From Tubiluchus corallicola (Eukaryota > Animalia > Priapulida), in the NCBI GenBank assembly GCA_030141605.1, contig JAQGDQ010000361.1, positions 124,001 to 188,000 on the forward strand: a stretch of DNA of 64,000 nt. Direction: 5' to 3'. The notes beneath the pieces were generated by a model. That model was given only the letters and a program-made list of their open reading frames with translations, did no database searches and had not been told where the DNA came from. The translations under genes were made by a program, and so were the position numbers. Shown here piece after piece: positions 26,431 through 38,681 of the stretch; position 1 is the first letter of the stretch, and each line of letters starts with the position of its first letter.

Positions 26431-26949
26431 AGCATTGAACTCACATTTTCAGTACAGTGCCGTGATTACGATGAGTTGGCATTTAGCGTGATTTAGCCGC
26501 CACTTATCGTGTCGCTCATTTGTGGTTTATCTGGGAAAATCCTCTTTAGTTGCAAAACTCGATAAATGTCCTCGCAAAGCCTAATAGTAATTTCATAACA
26601 GCAGGAAAAATGTTCTTCATTTCTCAGCAGGAGAGGTTGTCAACCGTCACGGAAGCGGCTTAATATTTCAAACGCATGGCAACCGTGTTACAGTAATACG
26701 GCACCGGCTTTCCTAGCAAACCATGAATAGGAATTGACAAGCTGTACAGAGTGCTCCGAAATTGTTGGTATGTTAAACTGTGCTGATAAGATCACCAAAA
26801 ACCGTAGTTGAGTGTTAAATCATATAGTAAGAGATTTGCTAATTCAATACTTAATAATTTAAAATATTCGCGCCAACTGGTAAACTGTCACTCTATCACC
26901 ACTCTATCATCACTGGTAAATTGCCTTTCAAGATCTAGGCCACACAAGT

Positions 26950-27140
26950 ATGTTTGTCTATTTCATTTTGTTTCACTTCAGGTATGTTCGTCTGTTTCAT
27001 TCTGTTTCATTTCAGATATGTTGTTCAGTTTCATTTTGTCTCACTTCCGTTACGTTTACAGTTTCATTTTGTCTTATTTCAGGTATGCTTGTCAGTTTCA
27101 TTTTGTTTCATTTCAGTTATGTTTGTCAGTTTCATTTTGG
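26950..27140. repeat. About 34-bp minisatellite (TGTCAGTTTCATTTTGTTTCATTTCAGGTA-like)
   Basis: 5-6 diverged tandem units. Confidence 0.8.
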
Positions 27141-27290
27141 TTTTGTTTTTTCTTAATTAGCAATTGTAATGTTTCTTCTAATTTGGTTTTTTAAATACAG
27201 CTTCTTAATGAATTTTGTATACCTTATTTTAATGCCATTGTATACTTAGTTGTAATTTTTTATAATATTTATAATGTATCTCTACCCTAC

Positions 27291-27650
27291 AGCTGACGAA
27301 ATCCGTGAAGGACGTAAGCTTCTTAGTTTTATCTTTATCTTTTCCTTTCGTTTGTTCGTTGTTTCTTTCCTCATTTTTTCTCTTTCTTTTTTTATTTGCC
27401 TTTCATCCTAATTTAAGTTGGTATGCGTCTAAAACTATCAAAGATTTGACATTTTTCCTTTTCCAAGCTGACGAAGTCCATGAAGTATGTAAGAGCTTCT
27501 TTGTTTTTTCTTAACTTTTGTCTTTTTCTTTCTTCCGTTCTTTTTTCTTTCCTTATTTTCTTTTTCTCTTTCTTTTTTCCATTTTTCTTTCAACCCAATT
27601 TAAGTTGGTATGCGTCTCAAATCATCAAATATTTGACATTTTCCCTTTTC
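27291..27650. repeat. About 175-bp tandem duplication
   Basis: AGCTGACGAA...ATTTAAGTTGGTATGCGTCT...TTTGACATTTT occurs twice (from 27291 and 27466). Confidence 0.8.
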
Positions 27651-28527
27651 AATTAAATCCTTCCCAGATAAGTAACTGTAAATAATCAATAGAAACAATA
27701 ATAATTCCTACTGATAAGCTACGTGCAGCTGTCGTCCTATTTTCTGCTACTTGCAACACAAGTCATAGCACGGAAATAAATCTGGGAATCATTATAACTT
27801 ATCCTATTCCCAGCTGTACTGCAGCTTGCTCTTCTGTGACAAAGATTTGATTATTGGCCACTTTATATGCATCAAGTGACATGCATTAGACTTCCTTGGA
27901 CATTATTAGGTTATCAAATCTTACTGAGCGATTTTCCCTTTCGACTGGTTTGCCTTACGGCATCATTTTCCAACTGAGAAGATTGTCTGCTGATTGCTCA
28001 AACACTACTGAGAAGTGTGGGTAGTAATCTTTGATCCTTGCGGAGTCTATTTTTACTGATTGTGGTTTTCATGGTTGAAGTAATAAAAGTCTATGTGTTC
28101 AGAGTTATGGTCTTATTTCAAAATTTAAGTCGGTTAGCTATCTCACCTAACTTACCTAACAAAGCTGAAACCCCAATAAACTGTCGAAGAATTAGGTAAT
28201 TCTTGTGTATGTCACTCAACACTGCTGATATGATCGGGGGGGGGGGTATAGTCTGGGTATGAATTGACTTAGGCCATAATACACCCAGGGTATAATCTAG
28301 CCTAGGCCTCTTCCCTTTGAAGGATTACGGGCATCGCTTCCGCCATTGAAGCACGTGCCAAGTGTTGGACCATTGACAGACACAATTACTTCTGCTGCGG
28401 ACTGATACTGTCACCTCTTCTGCTATTAAGGGAAGCAGTCACCTTTCTGCCGTCTTGAGACACAGGCATTTATTCCACTGTTACATATAATATATAGAGG
28501 GACACCTTCGCTTTTTCGGTCACTGAA

Positions 28528-29145
28528 AGTATAGCACTGCTTCTGCTTGCTAAGTGAGGAAAACAGTCACTTCTTCTGTTACTGAGAGTACAGCACTGCT
28601 TCTGCTAGCTAAGTGAGGAAAACACTCTTCTGTTACTGAGAGTACATAACTTCTTGTGCTTGCTAAGTGAGGAAAACAGTCACTTCTTCTGTTACTAAGA
28701 GTACAGCACTACTTCTGCTCGTTAAGCGAGGAAAACACTCTTCTGTTACTGAGAGTACATAACTTCTTGTGCTTGCTAAGTGAGGAAAACAGTCACTTCT
28801 TCTGTTACTAAGAGTACAGAACTGCTTCTGCTTGCTAAGTGAGGAAAACGCTCTTCTGTTACTGAGAGTACATAACTTCTTGTGCTTGCTAAGTGAGGAA
28901 AACGGTCACTTCTTCTGTTACTGATAGTACAGAACTGCTTCTGCTTGCTAAGTGAGGAAAACAGTCACTTCTGTTACTGATAGTACAGAACTTCTTGTGC
29001 TCGTTAAGCGAGGAAAACACTCTTCTGTTACTGAGAGTACAGCACTGCTTCTACTCGCTAAGTGTCGAAAACAGTCACTTCTGTTACTGAGAATACAGCA
29101 CTGCTTCTGCTTGCTACGTGAGGAACACAGTCACTTCTTCTGATG
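28528..29145. repeat. 54-59 bp minisatellite with alternating higher-order structure
   Basis: About 11 units of AGTACAGCACTGCTTCTGCTTGCTAAGTGAGGAAAAC(AGTC)ACT(T)CTTCTGTTACTGAG. Confidence 0.95.
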
Positions 29146-30109
29146 TTCAGAGACACAAAAATTTTTTTGTGCCGCTGAGTGGCACAGTGACTTTTCTACG
29201 ATCAAGAAACACGGTGACTTTTCCCATTAGTGGGGCACGCAACCCTTTTGACAATTGAAAGTTGTTTCTCTTTTTGATGAGGGATAGGTCTTCTACCATT
29301 GAGAGATACAATCACCTCTTCTGTTATACAAACAGATGCTTCTATCCTTGAGAATTACTTCACGTTTTCTACCATCGACGTCTTCCACCACACAATCTAC
29401 ACTTCTGCCATTAAGGCCAAGCTCAAGCTTGAGTCATTTCTTCCATTCGTTGAGCGGTTGGAAGTTACTTTTTTAGAGGTTGAGTTATTGTTTTGTTCAT
29501 CATTCACATATGAAGACCTAGACGGGATGTCTAACTACAATAGCAGCAAAACAACAGTGGCAGTAACAGTGATCATGACAACAACAACGACAGCAACAGC
29601 AAGACAACAGTTTGATTTTCTATGGTAGTTGTCTTTTTGCAGTGACTTCTTTTTCTCACCTGTTTTTAATTTCTTGTTTTTTTTCAATAATTTTGCTTGT
29701 TCTCTTCCTTGTTGCTTTGTCTGTATCATTAAAACAACACTTTCCTGCTTAATCGTCGTCTTCTGTGGGATTGGCTAAGATTTTCCAAGTTTCTGTTCGA
29801 GGCAGGTGTTCTGAGCAGAAAATAATCATGCATGTGAAATTGGTTAATGTCAGACAGATGCTGCAGCACCTAATGAAGCTATCTTTCGCAAAGCCCTGGA
29901 GAGTTTTAAGCCTTTCTTTGAGTTTTGATTTGCAATTTCTGACTGTAATGATGCCAGCAAAGAACCATCAAGTAAGTTCATGTAGGAGAAACTGAGTAAG
30001 AAAGAATGGGAGGGTTACTATAAAGCACTATGCGTAAGATAATTTACAATATTCACAAGAAGTGAATTACTACAGATTCATTATAAATAACTCATTAACT
30101 AATTTGACA

Positions 30110-30124
30110 AGAGAGAGAGAGAGA

Positions 30125-30172
<48 letters not shown>

Positions 30173-30294
30173 AAAGGAGTGAGAAAGAGAGAGAAAGGGA
30201 GACAGAAAGAGGGAAATACAAGGAGAAAAGGAACGACAGAATGATACAAAAGAAGAAAAAAGAGAGGCACACAGATAAAGAAGGTGTGTGGAGA

Positions 30295-30356
<62 letters not shown>

Positions 30357-30368
30357 GAGTGAGTGAGT

Positions 30369-30404
<36 letters not shown>

Positions 30405-30405
30405 T
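30110..30405. repeat. (GA)n microsatellite clusters
   Basis: Direct observation. Confidence 0.9.
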
Positions 30406-30856
30406 TAGAGCACATTTTCTTTTCTGTATTTGAACCATTCAAAGCGAAAAGCACATTTTATCTATAGGAATGATTGGACATTGCCAAGTTGGTTTACAAA
30501 CTGCTAACATTTCTGAGCAAAATTCAGTAATCGATCAGTTAAGAAATTGAGTTTGCTCCATCCGTTACAAAATAATAAGAATGGCACAGGAAGATATTGA
30601 TCATGCCAAGAATCAACTTACAACCAATACAACCTATATCTTAACCCGAAAGTAACATACAGGCAGATTCATTCTCAAATTGGTAGTATCGAAGTTGTGT
30701 GGGTCATTACGAATCTTCGTTTGGGAATTCTGCGGCTATCATCGATATTGTGTCACATACGATATAAGCATTAACCAATAGTCCTGCGAATAGTATTTGC
30801 TCGATATAATTTCTTCAATATCGCCTACAGACGCTTAGTGTTATTGCGCAATGCTC

Positions 30857-31495
30857 AGTAGCCTTTTCTTAGTTTCGTTGTGTGCACGCGCAATTACTGT
30901 AGGTCAAAGGTTAAGTGCTTCCAGTAGTTTCGATCTGATATGAGATGCGTCAGTCTGAAATATTCGTACATTAATATGTTTTACTGATTGGTACTAATAT
31001 CTAGTGTAATCTTGTAGTAAAACTTGTCAGCTTATGTAGGTATAGTCAATTCTTACTGTAAATGATTTTGTAAATAGTGTATATAGTTTGTTGTGAGGAT
31101 CCTAAATCTTGTTCAAACTGATCCAATCCTATAGTAAATTATGTTTAAGCTAATGCTTAAAGGCTAAGTGTACCACAGCAACGCGCTTTAATCACAACCC
31201 TCGCATGACATGTAGGTAAATCAAAGCCGTCTGTGCATCAGTTCAGTAACTTCAGTTATTTTACCTGGACTTTACGTAATTATGCATCAGTCTGCGCGTA
31301 GAGTGATTTACTAGCAGAATCTTGCTTGGGAACAAAAAAATGAACTAGGTAAGGATCTAGCAAGCTGTTAAAACTGTTACTGATACAATAGCATGGGTTG
31401 CGAGGCGTAGTCAAGTGTACACAAATGTCTGGTACACTTAAGCCTAAACCTTTTCACGATCATCATCAATCCCTTGAACTGTGAAAAGGCTTATT
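30857..31495 (+). mobile_element. MITE family A long variant with 241-bp insert
   Basis: Insert 30918-31158 flanked by AAAGGTTAAGTG and AAAGGCTAAGTG; same insert as in 21946-22470. Confidence 0.88.
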
Positions 31496-34197
31496 TAAAT
31501 TGTGCGTGTTGTACACAAATAATATAAAAAAATTGGATTCGTTTATCAATAATTTGGAAAAAGAAAGAGCCTCTGAGCGGAGATATGAACGAATTAAAAC
31601 GAATAAGAATCAATAAGAAAGGAAGAAGACGAAGAAACAAAGAAAAGAACGTAATTGAAAGAAATAAATTACAGAAGAAAAGAGAGAATAAATGAAAGAA
31701 AGTAATAAATAAATAAATAAACAAATAAGTGAATAAATACGAAAAGAAATGAAAGAAAGAAAGAAAGAAAGAAAGGAAGATTGGAAGGAAGGAAGGAAGA
31801 AAGAAAGAAGGAAAGAATGAAAAACGAAATAAGTAAATAGAGAATTAAATAAATAAAGCAAGAAATGATGAATAAATAAATAAATAAGCAAACAAACACA
31901 CAAACACACAAGCAAATAAATGAATAAATAAATAAAAACAAGTGAAAAAAGGAATGAATGAAAGAGCGAAGAAAAGAAACCGTAAATGATAAGAAGGAAA
32001 CGAAAGAAGACCATTGTATCCATTATTGATGCTTGAGAGTTAACTCGATCGGCACCTAATGGGTGACGCGCTGCTGCTTTCATGATCATAGTGTTCACTC
32101 AAGCAGGGCATGGCTTCTATGGCTTCCTGCAGGTCGCTTACAAAGTTGTCAAACACTGATTCATAGCTCGTTAAATAGAGACAAATTGCTGCACAACTAC
32201 GCCTTAATTGCAGTGACAGCTGATGATGGAACTAACTGCTCTGCTGGTTGATGGAAGCCGTGCAAAAGTTTGTTTTTGTGTTTCTTTGATGGAAGCCGTG
32301 CAAAAGTTTGTTTTTGTGTTTCTTTGATGGAAGCCATGCAAAAGTTTGTTTTTCTGTTTATTTAAATCAGAATCTTGCAGTATTGCCAAAAGTGCTGGTA
32401 ACATGTGTTTAGTATTGCTTATGTACAAACATACAGTTACGTGTATAGATTGGTGTAGAGTTTAAAACAAACTTCTTTCACGTTAATTTTATGAAAAAGT
32501 TAAGTGCCTGTGAGTGGTAGATGAAAAAATAGGTGAGTGAGTGAGTGAGTGAATGAGTGAATTGGTGAAAGAAAGTCGTGTGAAAATGAAATGAATGAAG
32601 GAGGGAAAAGAAACATTCCAATGAAAACACGAATGGTCGCATGAAAGAAACAGTGGAAGAAATGGAGGAAAAACGAAGACTGGAAAGATAGGGAAAAGAG
32701 TAAGGAAATACCAAAATGAGGATGAAAGAAAGTTTGTAAAACCGAAAAAAGCTGAATGGAAAGAAGGAAAGGAGCAGAAAAGGCCAAAATCCTGAAAGAA
32801 TTCTGAGAGAAGAAACGATAGAAAAATGTATCTAAAACGATAGTCTAAAAGGGTGAAAGTAAGAAATAGGAGGTGATCAGCTGAGTAGCCAACCATCTAA
32901 CCAATCATATCGCCAAGCAAACCATCAGGCATAAATGATCGCTCTAAGTTCAGTAATAAATTAAGTCAAGTCAGTAACAAAGCCAATAACAAAAGCACTT
33001 ATGTGTCAGCTATATACATTTACCAGCCAACAAAACAGCCAATCTGTTAGCCAGCTAGTGGGCTAATCGACTGATTAACCAAGCAACAAACCGACCAACC
33101 AACGAGCAACTGAATTAGCAAGAACACATGCTTGTAACCAAGCAACCAGAAGAAATGCATTGCGGCCATACACAAGTGAAGAAGCTTTCGAAAAGGTGTG
33201 ACTCGGTACACGGCAGGGCAGAATGCTGTTGCCGCTGCGCAATCGATGCGTTCGGTTGAAGATTCGCCGGACGAGTGGTCGCAGGAAATCGATGCGCCGA
33301 GTAGTCTGGATATCACAGCAAACGGATAGGCAAATAGATCAGTTATGTAGCTGCCGTGAATTCAGCTGCTGGAGGAAGTTTTGATAGCCATCAGAGTTTC
33401 TGATTGTGCAGCTTGTACTGTTTGTCAAATATAATCAAACTATGATAGACAGTCAACCTGTTTTCTTTGAAATCCGCGCTTTAGTTAAATTCCGTCGAAC
33501 AATTCAGTGAAAATTTCGTAGCTTTCAAACTTTGAAATAAATACGAAATCTTCTTAAAGTGCAAAAATGAACAGATTTGTGATTTTTGTGAAATGTAAAA
33601 CTGATTTAACGTGTGATTGACTGACACAATGTTGTTTATTTGCTAGGCCTGAACACGCGTGTATGACTGTGGAAAATAAATCGCTTCGAATTGAGCTGAT
33701 TTAAAATTTCAGGTTAGTTGGCGCACCATTCTGAAGTGTTGGTTTGGTTTAAATAACTCATCTGAAAAATGGTTTTGTGTGTTTAACAGGCAAAAGATCT
33801 TTGTTATTACCAATTGTAATCCGAGCATTACTAACGAATTGCCGCGATTGCGGATGAATAATCCGCTTGAAATTGAATCGATTTAAATTCCATTATGAAA
33901 ATCGAATTGCTGCTTGAAACATTGCAGCGGAATGACAGATTTGTGAGACAAATCAAGTTATTAAGCGTGCATATATCGTATCATCAGCTAAACACATTAT
34001 CTAAATGTAGCTAAAAGTTTGTACGTTAACGAATAAATGTAAGTCAATATTTTTTTGAATTGAAAGAATAAAAAAATCGATATCAATTTCTGGGGTGAGT
34101 TTAGTCTTGCAGGTTACAAATTCGCTTGTTTCGTGTGATATGTGCCTAGAAATTCAATATATGACTTTACAGGAAGAATATAAAGCGATAAAAGATT

Positions 34198-34320
<123 letters not shown>

Positions 34321-34504
34321 ATGAATTTATGCACTTGCCAATTGTGATGTAATACGTTTCTTCAAACGGAACGAATTAAATACTACCAAACGACAAATGA
34401 ATCAAAGTTTTTTATTAAATTGAGTGAAGTGAATAACAGGGCGATACTACTCAAAATACTTCAGTACGTTGCTTGTCGTTTGATTGAAAACGTCGCTACA
34501 TCAT

Positions 34505-35013
34505 ACGTGTAAACGCTCCTTCTGAAAGGTGTAAACGTTCCTGTTTAATAGCATAAACGTTTCTGATAGAGGCTGCAAACGTTTTTATTTTGTTATGCAA
34601 ACGGTCCAACTAGAGTCAGCAAAGTCGCTTAATTTGTAAATGTAAAGCACGTGAATATTTTTCTTCGATTGCGTAAACGTTCCGGCTAAGTCGTGTAAAC
34701 GTTCCTATCCAGCTGTGTAAACGTTCCTGTTAGGGCGTGTAAACTTTCTTGTTAGAGCGTGTAAACGTTCCTTCTGAACAGTGTAAACGTTCCTGTTAGA
34801 GCGTGTAAACGTTCCTGTTAGGGCGTGTAAACTTTCTTGTTAGAGCGTGCAAACGTTCCTGTTAGGGCGTGTAAACTTTCTTGTTAGAGCGTGTAAACGT
34901 TCCTACTGAACAGTGTAAACGTTCCTGTTAGGGCGCGTAAGCTTTCTTGTTAGAGCGTGTAAACGTTCCTACCCAACAGTGTAAACGTTTCTGTTAGAGG
35001 TTGTAAACGTTCC
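34505..35013. repeat. 22-bp minisatellite GTAAACGTTCCTGTTAGAGCGT
   Basis: About 15 homogeneous units at 34672-35013; decayed units upstream. Confidence 0.92.
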
Positions 35014-35235
35014 TATTTCTTGACCCAGCTCGTATGATGTTCTTACACTAAACCGATTAAGGTAAATGTTCTTTCTCGAAAACTCCACTTAATAAATATA
35101 GAAGTGTAACTGTAGTGGCCTGTTTTAACGCGAGTACGATAACATATAAAATTGATATAAAGTAATACAATTTTTTAAGGCCATTGTCCTGAAACCTACT
35201 TCATATACCTCTTTTTGTCCTTTAAAAGCATATCT

Positions 35236-35500
35236 TGGGTTGTGTGGCCGGGTGGCTTAGATTTCAGACTACAAGTACTCTGTCTTGAGTTCAAGTCTAG
35301 CGGCTGCAAACGCCAGAATACATACACCCCTTAAATGTATTTCGTTGTTTCGACATGTATTGTTGTGTAAGCTGCTAAACAGCCGTTAGTGCTAATGTTG
35401 TCTGCTAAAACAGCCACTGTAAATAAATGTTGTCTTTGTCTTTTTCTTTTTCTCTCTCTTTTCCATTGTTTTTGTCTTTGTCTTTACCTTTGTCTTTTTT
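35236..35500 (+). mobile_element. tRNA-derived SINE (probable)
   Basis: A-box-like TGGCCGGGTGG and B-box-like GAGTTCAAGTC in a tRNA-sized head; body ends AATAAA followed by a (TTGTCT)-type simple-repeat tail. Confidence 0.6.
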
Positions 35501-36329
35501 GTTTTGTTGAAGGTGTCTTTAGATTTCTATGTTGAAATTGCAACGGGTTTTGCAGACGTGTTTTTATACTTGTGAAGTACACTAATAAACTTTGAACCTA
35601 TAATTTATCATATTTTAACTGCTACTTCCGACTGCGTCAACAGAGGGCACTGGGTCGTCTTCCTTAATCCATTCTTTCCCCTAAAAATATTTGCATTAAA
35701 TAGTTAAATATTTGAGCAGCGAAATTGCCTGGCAAAGTTCCGGTAAATAGCGTCAGGATGAGAAAATTATTTTCTATTCAATTTATGCTAAACGACCGAG
35801 GCGAGAAAATTCTATGCAAATAAAACGCCAATAAAAGCAACAGTGAATGCGACAATTACCATATCTGAGAGGTACCAGCCTATCTTCGATTGCTACGCCA
35901 CAATTTTCATATAGCAGTGGTAGCAATTTATTAAAAATTCATCTGTTGCAAGCAAACTACGCATTTCTTTATAAGTAGGAATCAAAGTCATTAAAGGAAG
36001 ACAAGATGATTTTTCATAATACTACCCCATTATCAAGTCCGATAATAAGTATACATTTTAACACAATTAGTGCTACGAATGCTACGAACTTTTTGCTATG
36101 ATTCCTCTGATTATTTTTCAAACTTTACACAATGTTATTTAAACTTATTTCAAACGACTTACATTAAAATGGTAACAGTCATCGCGAAAGTTTAAATTTA
36201 CAAGTTGTGTACAGCATTACTGCATACGTAACCTCTGTATGCAGTAAGACAGTATTTAAGTGATATCAAATTTCAAAACAAATTTTTAAAACTTGTTCAC
36301 GAAAGAGTGCTTTCTTCTGCTTTGAACAA

Positions 36330-36760
36330 AGAAGCCAAAATTCAGAAAAAACAAAACTAGCACATTTCATGATTAGGCAAACGTTTTCTTGCACATAAAT
36401 GACATAGAAAGTAGAAAAAGATCTAGTTTTGTTGACTTCCTCAAAGCTTAAAAATACTTTCAGTAGCAATAACACCAGCTTAAGCTATAAACCCACGATC
36501 TTTAATGCTTCTGTATGTTCCAGTTTTGAGAAAAGCTTTGAAAGTAGAATAATCAATCAAAGATAGATGTTTTCCAAAAACATCCATTCAGGTCATTACT
36601 AAGATAAAAATGGCGGACTGTGATAAGCAACAAAGAATTATATGACAACGTCAAGGAAGAAAAATGGATCAGAAGATTTAATTGAGTTGGGTCATTCTCT
36701 AAGGTTACCGGAAGACGGTCCGCTTATTAAAATTATCCACGAATTAGTTTCAAACTGCAG
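36330..36760 (+). mobile_element. Degenerate RTE-like LINE fragment
   Basis: SKLKNTFSSNNTSLSYKPTIFNASVCSSF ... WRTVISNKELYDNVKEEKW ... LRLPEDGP, homologous to 4450-4988. Confidence 0.65.
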
Positions 36761-36830
36761 GTAGATTAACCCTGCGTATGGATTTCACACAGGTAGGTCT
36801 CAATCAAACAGCTCTAATCATGTAAGGTAC

Positions 36831-37400
36831 TTAAAGCAAAACCGGGCCCAATCTTAAACTGTAGGTCAAAACAATCTATTCTTTAAAATATTGAAAGGAA
36901 ACGTACCATTTTTTTCAGAAATGACTTACCTGAAAGAATTATTACTTCACAAACACAATTTCGCGTTCGCGCCACAAGTTCTTCGCTGTTACATACATTT
37001 CGCCTTTCGGAAACGCATTGCACAAAAAAACAGGTACTGTACCTCTCAGTTCAAATGTGTTCGTTTGTGACGAACTACACGCGTTCGACCGCTTATGCGT
37101 GAGCCCAGCGGTAAATTTGAAATTTGAATTTTTAACTTAAAACTTGACTAGTTTTAGTACAACACACTGAATATGTTACAGAAACACTGTACTTCAATTT
37201 TCACTTTCACAAACACGTGCAACACGCTCGTGGAATATTTTTGCTGTTGAAAATTATGTTAGTTTGTGATGTCATCAATATTTGTGCTCGCCCACTGTTA
37301 ATCAAGATTTTAATCTATTATTTAATTATCAGAAACGCTTTTGCAGTATTAATTGTGTTAAAATGTATACTTTTTACCGTATGTGAAAATGGGGTAGTAT
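36831..37400. mobile_element. Kolobok-like element, copy of 23701-24292
   Basis: Begins TTAAAGCAAAACC; colinear with the 23701 copy; right end truncated. Confidence 0.75.
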
Positions 37401-37602
37401 ATTCAAGTGTAGCTGAGGAATGTTCGTATAGTGAGTAGAAAATGCAAATCGAAATGCAATGCAAAATGAAAATGCAGTACTGTGATGTATATTAATGATT
37501 AAACGCAAAATCTGGAATATAGCTGTCATAAAAAATGAGCTGCTACGCCTTAGAACGCTATAAATTTGCAAATCGGAGTCCATTATTCAAAAAGAGGGCT
37601 AC

Positions 37603-38281
37603 TTAAAGGGCAAAAAAGGGGTACCTGAGGTAGGTTTCAGAAAAATCGCCGTAAAAATTATATTATTTTACAGCAATTTGATGCGTATATCGTGTATGCG
37701 TTAAACGGGATTTTTGTTTGTTTTCGTTTTAAATCTCCCGCGATACCGTTCCGACCGCGCCATTACATGACGTCATCTACGCACAACTTAAATCAGGGAA
37801 AGAAAAGGAAATGTTAATTTATGTTCCAACAAACTTTCCATGCAAAATTATATTATTTAGCATTTCGCTTACCTGCTGGAAACACTCATGTGACTAGAAA
37901 TAATAGTTTAAAAAATTCGTGCTAATTGGTAAAATGTCGCTGGTTCACCCTCCAGGGTGCGCCACTCACTAACCAAAAACGTACTTTTAATCTTTTTGAC
38001 AAGATACAGTAATTTAAAATTTTATTTAGTTAGTAACAAGTGTGCTACGAATACTCTGATTATTTTTGCAAACTTCACGCATGTTGTCTAACCTTGTGTC
38101 AAACGACCTACCATTAAAATGGATGCGTGCAACGGTCATCGCGGAAGTTTAAATTTACAAGTTTTATACAGCGTTACTGCCGTCACAAGCCCTGCAAGCA
38201 AAAAGACAATAAGTAAGTGGCATAAAATTTCAAGACGCGTTTTTTAAGCTTTATGTAAGAGGAGGGTTTCTTGTGCTTTAA
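37603..38281 (+). mobile_element. TTAA-flanked non-autonomous DNA transposon (Kolobok-like)
   Basis: TTAAAGGGCAAAAAAGG ... TTTCTTGTGCTTTAA; many related fragments in the window. Confidence 0.75.
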
Positions 38282-38651
38282 AATGTTATGAATTTGCAAA
38301 TCGGAGTGAATTATTCAAAAAGAGGATAATTAGGTTCAGAAGAGACCTTGTTTATTATCATGGCACAGCCATGATAAATGAGTCGCTGAACCAGCAAAGA
38401 TATCGTAGCCTGTGAATAAATGTTTCTTCAACAAGAGAAACACTCTGCTTTGGAATTAGGAAGGAAACCACCTGGAGGAAGTATTGAACCTTGTGCCTGG
38501 ATCAGCTATCACACAATGGCGAGCAAATATCTACTGTTTTATCTACGTAACGTGAGAAGTTGATTTGTTGTGACTTTCGAATTATAATAACTTGTTTGCA
38601 CAAATTTACAGGTTAGATGACACACACAGCACCACATCATTCATTCCATCT

Positions 38652-38681
38652 ATGCAAATTTCCACCGGAAGTGTGACGTCA
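38652..38681 (+). promoter_or_regulatory. Octamer + ETS + CRE cluster; candidate promoter of the synaptophysin-like gene
   Basis: ATGCAAAT (38652), CCGGAAGT (38665) and TGACGTCA (38674) within 30 bp; donor TTG|GTAAGT at 38731. Confidence 0.5.

Noticed and set aside
29950-29975. KEPS plus GTAAGT donor as the synaptophysin first exon
   Set aside because: In-frame stop upstream with no ATG, wrong phase, and lacks the GF and TM1 residues.
35236-35312. tRNA gene (also tRNA-like remnants near 1320-1365 and 48057-48110)
   Set aside because: A/B-box-like motifs only, no convincing cloverleaf; followed by a SINE-like body and tail.
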